Of a DNA stretch of 64,000 nucleotides, positions 59,702 to 64,000 are shown piece after piece (position 1 is the first letter of the stretch; every line of letters begins with the position of its first letter). Location: contig CAXXIA010000001.1 in assembly GCA_963666985.2 (NCBI GenBank), forward strand, positions 448,001-512,000. The letters are read 5' to 3'. The notes beneath the pieces were generated by a model. It was not told where the DNA came from, ran no database searches, and saw only the letters and a program-made list of their open reading frames with translations. The translations under genes and the position numbers were made by a program. This DNA comes from Spirochaetia bacterium. Lineage in GTDB: Bacteria > Spirochaetota > Spirochaetia > DSM-2461.

Positions 59702-60625
59702 TCAGATTTTCTTATTTTCCCCGTCGAATTGGTTCTTAACGCGGTAGTCCACGGGATTGTTGTAGACCGTTGAAAAAGGCGGAACGGAATTGGTAATCCA
59801 CACATTCCCGCCGATTATGGAACCCCTGCCGATAACGGTTTTCCCGCCGAGAATGGTGGCTCCGGCATAGATGGTAACATCATCTTCTATGGTCGGATGC
59901 CGCTTTTCGTCCGCTTGTTCTTTTACCACGCTCAGCGCTCCGATGGTGACTCCCTGGTAGAGCTTAACGTTGCGTCCGATAACCGCCGTTTCCCCGATAA
60001 CAACCCCGGTCGCATGATCGATGAAAAAAGCCTCGCCGATACTCGCGCCGGGGTGAATATCGATACCCGTTATCTTATGGATATGTTCGCTCATCATTCG
60101 CGGGATGAGCGGTACGCCGCGGAGATACAGTTCGTGGGCGATGCGATGGCAGGCGATGGCCAAAAGGCCGGGGTAGGAAAGGATGACTTCATCACGGCTT
60201 TTGGCCGCCGGATCGCCGGCGAAGGCGGCATCCACATCGTCCATGGCCCGGCGGCGCAGTTCGGGAATGCATTCCAGAAGATCCAAGGCAATGGATTCGG
60301 CCTCTTCACGGCAGGAACCGCTTTCGGCTTCACAGCCCTTTATACGGGTGCCGTATTCCAGACTCTTGGCGATTTCAACGGTTAAATCCCTAACCAAACG
60401 GCGGGTTTTGGCGCCGATTGTGAAGGCGATTAAATCATCGTCGAGCTGTTCTTCCGATTGGAATCCGGGGAAAATCAGCGATTCCAATGTTTCCAGAATG
60501 TCGATAACGCCTTTTCTTGAAGGCAGATTCGGACCTCTGAGATGATTGATTCCTCCAAGTTCGTCATAGGAGGCGATCACGGCATCACCGATTTTCGCGA
60601 TACGCGTTTCCAGACTTTCACTCAT
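59702..60625 (-). CDS. cysE: Serine O-acetyltransferase (EpsC type)
   Basis: GDPAA..EVILSYPG, GIDIHPGA, FIDHATGVVIGET, KRHPTIED. Confidence 0.92.
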   Translation of the reverse strand: MSESLETRIAKIGDAVIASYDELGGINHLRGPNLPSRKGVIDILETLESLIFPGFQSEEQLDDDLIAFTIGAKTRRLVRDLTVEIAKSLEYGTRIKGCEAESGSCREEAESIALDLLECIPELRRRAMDDVDAAFAGDPAAKSRDEVILSYPGLLAIACHRIAHELYLRGVPLIPRMMSEHIHKITGIDIHPGASIGEAFFIDHATGVVIGETAVIGRNVKLYQGVTIGALSVVKEQADEKRHPTIEDDVTIYAGATILGGKTVIGRGSIIGGNVWITNSVPPFSTVYNNPVDYRVKNQFDGENKKI

Positions 60626-60740
60626 GCTTACAAATTAACCCGGAAATCTTATGTGTTGAATAGGTTCGATGAGCAAACCCGTTGAGATTGCATGCGAAAC
60701 GACCTGTTCCCTGCGGCGTTAATCCCGAGTATGTTTAAGC

Positions 60741-61892
60741 ATGAACTTTTCACGCCCGTCGGCCCATGGCAATTCCGAATCGAGGCCTCCGGCTTTTCGG
60801 TCGGCCGGGCCTCCCGTTATCGTTGAGAGCGGAACCGGCATGTTCTGCCGGCCTGATTGTGCGCAGCTCTCCGAAAAAGACTGCGGGCGAAAAGCCTTCA
60901 GTTCAGCCAAAGAGGCCCTGGAATGGGGCTTCAATCCCTGTCCCGACTGCAGGCCCATGGATGCCGCCGCGGTTTCAGGCGCCGCCGAGTCCGCGTACGG
61001 AACGGACGGTGAGGACGGTGAATATTCCGATGCGGCGGATCGCACCGGCACCGCCGTGAATCCTCACTCGGCCCTTATCGCGCTTATGGACGATATCGCA
61101 TCGGATCCGCTGTTTCGAATTGGAAAGAGCGGTCTGCGGGAACGGGGAATTATGCCGGATTACATCGATCGTCTTTACGGCGATGCGTTCGGAGTGGATT
61201 TCCAGGGTTTTTTGCGCATGAGGCGGCTGAATACGCGATTCGGAGCCGTTCTCTATTCGCCTGAAAACGGCTCCGAAAGCGACGGATTGAGCCGGAGCCG
61301 CTATGGCGATGGAAATACGGGAGCATCCTTTCTCTCGACTCGCGGCTCTGCTGATTCGGACGCCGCCGATGCCGATTTCAGAACCGTGAATCGGCTGAAA
61401 ACGCCTCTGGGTCCCGTTATGGTCGCGGCATCATCCAAAGGAATCTGCATGCTCGAATTTGCCGAAAGGCGAACGATGGAAAAACGGATAGAGGCGATGG
61501 AAAAGGAATCCGGGGTGAGCTTCAAAACGGGGATAAGTCCTTTCTTCGCTCCATTGGCGGAAGAACTCAATGCCTACTTCAAGCGGGAATTAAAAGAATT
61601 TTCCGTGCCTCTCGATATCGGAGGAACGGATTTTCAAGTCGGAGTCTGGGAGGAATTGAGGCGCATTCGGTGGGGGGAGACGAGAACCTATGCCCGGCAG
61701 GCCGAGGCCTTGGGAAATCCAAAGGCCGTCCGAGCAATCGCCCGAGCCGACGGTGAGAATCCCATCGGTATTCTTATTCCCTGTCACAGGGTTATCGGGT
61801 CGGACGGTTCCTTGACCGGTTTCAGCGGCGGCCTTTGGCGCAAGGAGTTTCTGCTGCGATTGGAATCGGATCAGGGAGATCTTTTCGAATGA
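60741..61892 (+). CDS. ada: Ada-like Zn domain plus O6-methylguanine-DNA methyltransferase
   Basis: FCRPDC..PCPDCRP Zn ligands; GTDFQ..VW; IPCHRVIG active site. Confidence 0.85.
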   Translation: MNFSRPSAHGNSESRPPAFRSAGPPVIVESGTGMFCRPDCAQLSEKDCGRKAFSSAKEALEWGFNPCPDCRPMDAAAVSGAAESAYGTDGEDGEYSDAADRTGTAVNPHSALIALMDDIASDPLFRIGKSGLRERGIMPDYIDRLYGDAFGVDFQGFLRMRRLNTRFGAVLYSPENGSESDGLSRSRYGDGNTGASFLSTRGSADSDAADADFRTVNRLKTPLGPVMVAASSKGICMLEFAERRTMEKRIEAMEKESGVSFKTGISPFFAPLAEELNAYFKRELKEFSVPLDIGGTDFQVGVWEELRRIRWGETRTYARQAEALGNPKAVRAIARADGENPIGILIPCHRVIGSDGSLTGFSGGLWRKEFLLRLESDQGDLFE

Positions 61893-63004
61893 GAAGAATG
61901 AATCGAAGCGCCGGGAACCAGCGCGGTGCGGATAAGAGCGCCGGAGAACACGGAGGGAACATATACGGCGGAAAAAATCGCGGCGGCAAATCGGGTGAAG
62001 TTGTTCTTGCGTTCACCGAGGATGAACTGCGCGCGATTCAATCCGATCCCCGGCCGCCTTTTCGGATTACCGCTCACTGGCTTTCGCTTCTCGACGGCAC
62101 CCCGGAAGATCCGCTGCGCCGTCAGGCTCTGCCTTCGACGTTCGAAGAGAGGAACATGCCCGGAGAGCGGCCCGATCCTTTGGGCGAGGGTGATTATTCT
62201 CCACTGCCCCGCCTTATCCGTCGCTACGCAGACAGAGTGTTGGTTGTAACGACGGGCCGATGCGCGCTTTATTGCCGCCATTGTTTCCGGCGACGGCTTT
62301 CCGGAGATGATTCGGGAGATATAAGCGGAAAAGAGGCGGCGGACATCGCTTCCTGGCTTTCCGGGCATCGGGAAGTCAAAGAGCTTCTGCTTTCCGGCGG
62401 AGATCCGCTGATGCTCGGTGAGAGAAGATTATTGGATCTTATCGATACGTTCAGAGAGGCGCGGCCGGATATCGTTATCCGGCTGGGAACGCGGATACCC
62501 GTGGTGGAGCCGTCTCGGATTACGCGGAATACGGCCGCGGCGCTCGGCAGGCGAAGACCTCTCTGGGTTGTTATTCAGGCGAATCATCCGCGGGAGCTGG
62601 ACCCGGAATGTCTGAAGGCTCTGGACCGCCTGCAGCGGCGGGGTTTGCCGGTGGTGAATCAGGCTGTGCTGCTTCGCGGCGTGAACGATGATGTGAATGT
62701 TCTGGAGGAACTTTCCCGGAAACTGGTCGCGGCCGGAGTGAAGCCGTATTATTTGTTTCAGGGTGATGCGGCCGAGGGGACCGGGCATTTCAGGCTGCCC
62801 CTGGAAGAGGCGCGGAATCTGGCGGACAATCTTCGTTCTCGGCTCAGCGGCCTTGCCATGCCCTCGTTTGCCGTTGATATTCCGGGAGGCGGAGGTAAGG
62901 TCCCTCTGGCGCCCGATTATGTTTTGGGACGGGAAGAGGCCGGCTGGCGTCTTCGCACGCCCGACGGAACCGAGGGGATTTATCCCGATCCTCCGGAAGA
63001 ATGA
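61889..63004 (+). CDS. KamA/EpmB-family radical SAM aminomutase
   Basis: CALYCRHCFRR, LLSGGDPL, NHPREL, NQAVLLRGVND, PGGGGK. Confidence 0.88.
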   Translation: MRRMNRSAGNQRGADKSAGEHGGNIYGGKNRGGKSGEVVLAFTEDELRAIQSDPRPPFRITAHWLSLLDGTPEDPLRRQALPSTFEERNMPGERPDPLGEGDYSPLPRLIRRYADRVLVVTTGRCALYCRHCFRRRLSGDDSGDISGKEAADIASWLSGHREVKELLLSGGDPLMLGERRLLDLIDTFREARPDIVIRLGTRIPVVEPSRITRNTAAALGRRRPLWVVIQANHPRELDPECLKALDRLQRRGLPVVNQAVLLRGVNDDVNVLEELSRKLVAAGVKPYYLFQGDAAEGTGHFRLPLEEARNLADNLRSRLSGLAMPSFAVDIPGGGGKVPLAPDYVLGREEAGWRLRTPDGTEGIYPDPPEE

Positions 63005-63639
63005 GGACTGAAATGGAAAAAGATCATGGAAAACATCATGCGGATGCACCGCATTTGCTTTGGGAAACTATGGGAGAGGAAATTCTTTACGACGCGAAGA
63101 TTTTCCGGCTTCGTTCGGTGCTCAGGAAATCTTCCGACGGTCGGATTGCGCCGTTTGTTTCTTTGGACACGCCCAACTGGGTAACCGTTATCCCCGAGCT
63201 TTCGGGATCCGTCGGGCCTGCCGCCGCAACAGCCGCCGCTCCAACAGCCGCCGCTCCGCGCTTTCTCATGGTTCGGCAGTTCCGTCACGGATCGGAACAA
63301 ATCGGTCTGGAATTCCCCGCCGGAATCATCGATGAGGGCGAAACACCCCGAGAGGCCGCGGCGCGGGAGCTGTTGGAGGAAACAGGGTATAAAGCGGGCG
63401 AACTCACGGAAATAGGCGCGGTGAATCCCAATCCGGCCTTCATGAACAATACAAGCTATACCTACCTGGCGAGAAATCTTGAGAAAGTCTCCGGTCAGGA
63501 ATTGGATGAAAACGAGATTCTGGATTTTCACGCAGTTGATGTGGAAGAAATCCGCCGTGATATCGGAACCGGCGTTTATGCCAGTGCCATTACGGTTCAG
63601 GCCTGGTATTTCTATTTAAAGGCGGTCGGCTGTGTCTGA
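63001..63639 (+). CDS. NUDIX hydrolase (ADP-ribose pyrophosphatase-like)
   Basis: Nudix box PAGIIDEGETPREAAARELLEETGY; VRQFRHG. Confidence 0.9.
   Translation: MRTEMEKDHGKHHADAPHLLWETMGEEILYDAKIFRLRSVLRKSSDGRIAPFVSLDTPNWVTVIPELSGSVGPAAATAAAPTAAAPRFLMVRQFRHGSEQIGLEFPAGIIDEGETPREAAARELLEETGYKAGELTEIGAVNPNPAFMNNTSYTYLARNLEKVSGQELDENEILDFHAVDVEEIRRDIGTGVYASAITVQAWYFYLKAVGCV
63227..63256 (+). repeat. Perfect 15-bp in-frame tandem duplication
   Basis: CAACAGCCGCCGCTC twice inside the NUDIX gene (TAAAP twice). Confidence 0.9.
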
Positions 63640-63643
63640 TAAA

Positions 63644-64000
63644 ATGACCATGCGGCACAGAATCATGTCCGTCGAGCGTGAGATTCGCATTAAAGCCTAT
63701 GAGATTGACGCCATGGGCGTGGTCAGCAACATTGTTTATGTGAAGTGGTTCGAGGACATGCGTCATGATTTCCTGGACGCTTATTATCCGTACGATGAAA
63801 TGATGAAACTCAATTTTTCTCCGATACTGATGAATACCGACATTCATTATCGTATTCCGCTGACCATCCATGACAAGCCCCGAGGCTTCTGCTGGGTGAG
63901 GAAGATGGGACGCGTGAAATGGGAATTTGAATTCGAGATCGGTTCGGATAAAGGAATCCATTGCACCGGTACGCAGATCGGCGGATTCTACGATATTGAT
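63644..64000 (+). CDS. Acyl-CoA thioesterase (4HBT/YbgC family), partial
   Basis: Open to the window end; IKAYEIDAMGVVSNIVYVKWFEDMR motif. Confidence 0.85.
   Translation, partial: MTMRHRIMSVEREIRIKAYEIDAMGVVSNIVYVKWFEDMRHDFLDAYYPYDEMMKLNFSPILMNTDIHYRIPLTIHDKPRGFCWVRKMGRVKWEFEFEIGSDKGIHCTGTQIGGFYDID

Noticed and set aside
1..64000. CRISPR arrays, tRNA/rRNA genes, integrases, prophage genes, inteins
   Set aside because: None recognised; the XPB and PolA inserts lack intein terminal residues.

Overview
A chromosomal window of mostly housekeeping genes. It most likely comes from a free-living anaerobic spirochaete (class Spirochaetia). This is inferred from the polA-coaE-SPOR block, fliS, the mla-TPR block, the XPB pair and the 'A-x-G-x-x-E/D' signal peptides. 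Gene order: folE (3' end), DUF1820, mlaEFD-TPR, a PPC-repeat protein, an orphan SsuA-type binding protein, mscS-fumC-acnA, pgmB, mtaD/dadD-ahcY-pncB-pncA, PFOR, aroD-aroE fusion, XPB helicase plus partner, MCP-glpQ-phoH, deacetylase-fliS, ugpBAE (no ugpC), an AT-rich island (LysR / AprA-AsfA-like flavoprotein / ferredoxin / MFS), ANKH/MATE-like transporter, nagB, polA-coaE-SPOR, APC-EIIA fusion, WD40-caspase, cysE, ada, kamA-like, NUDIX, thioesterase (5' part). Most notable: (1) a deaminase + SAH/SIH hydrolase pair that looks Methanosarcinales-like and carries the HxExK signature, suggesting an archaeal S-inosylhomocysteine SAM-recycling route acquired across domains; (2) the AT-rich asfRAB/aprAB-like module with an MFS transporter and unknown substrate; (3) a 162-bp MITE with perfect 16-bp terminal inverted repeats; (4) repeated in-frame low-complexity insertions in DNA-repair enzymes; (5) an MlaF ATPase lacking its catalytic residues. 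I saw no rRNA, tRNA or CRISPR array. All calls come from motif recognition by eye; no searches were run.
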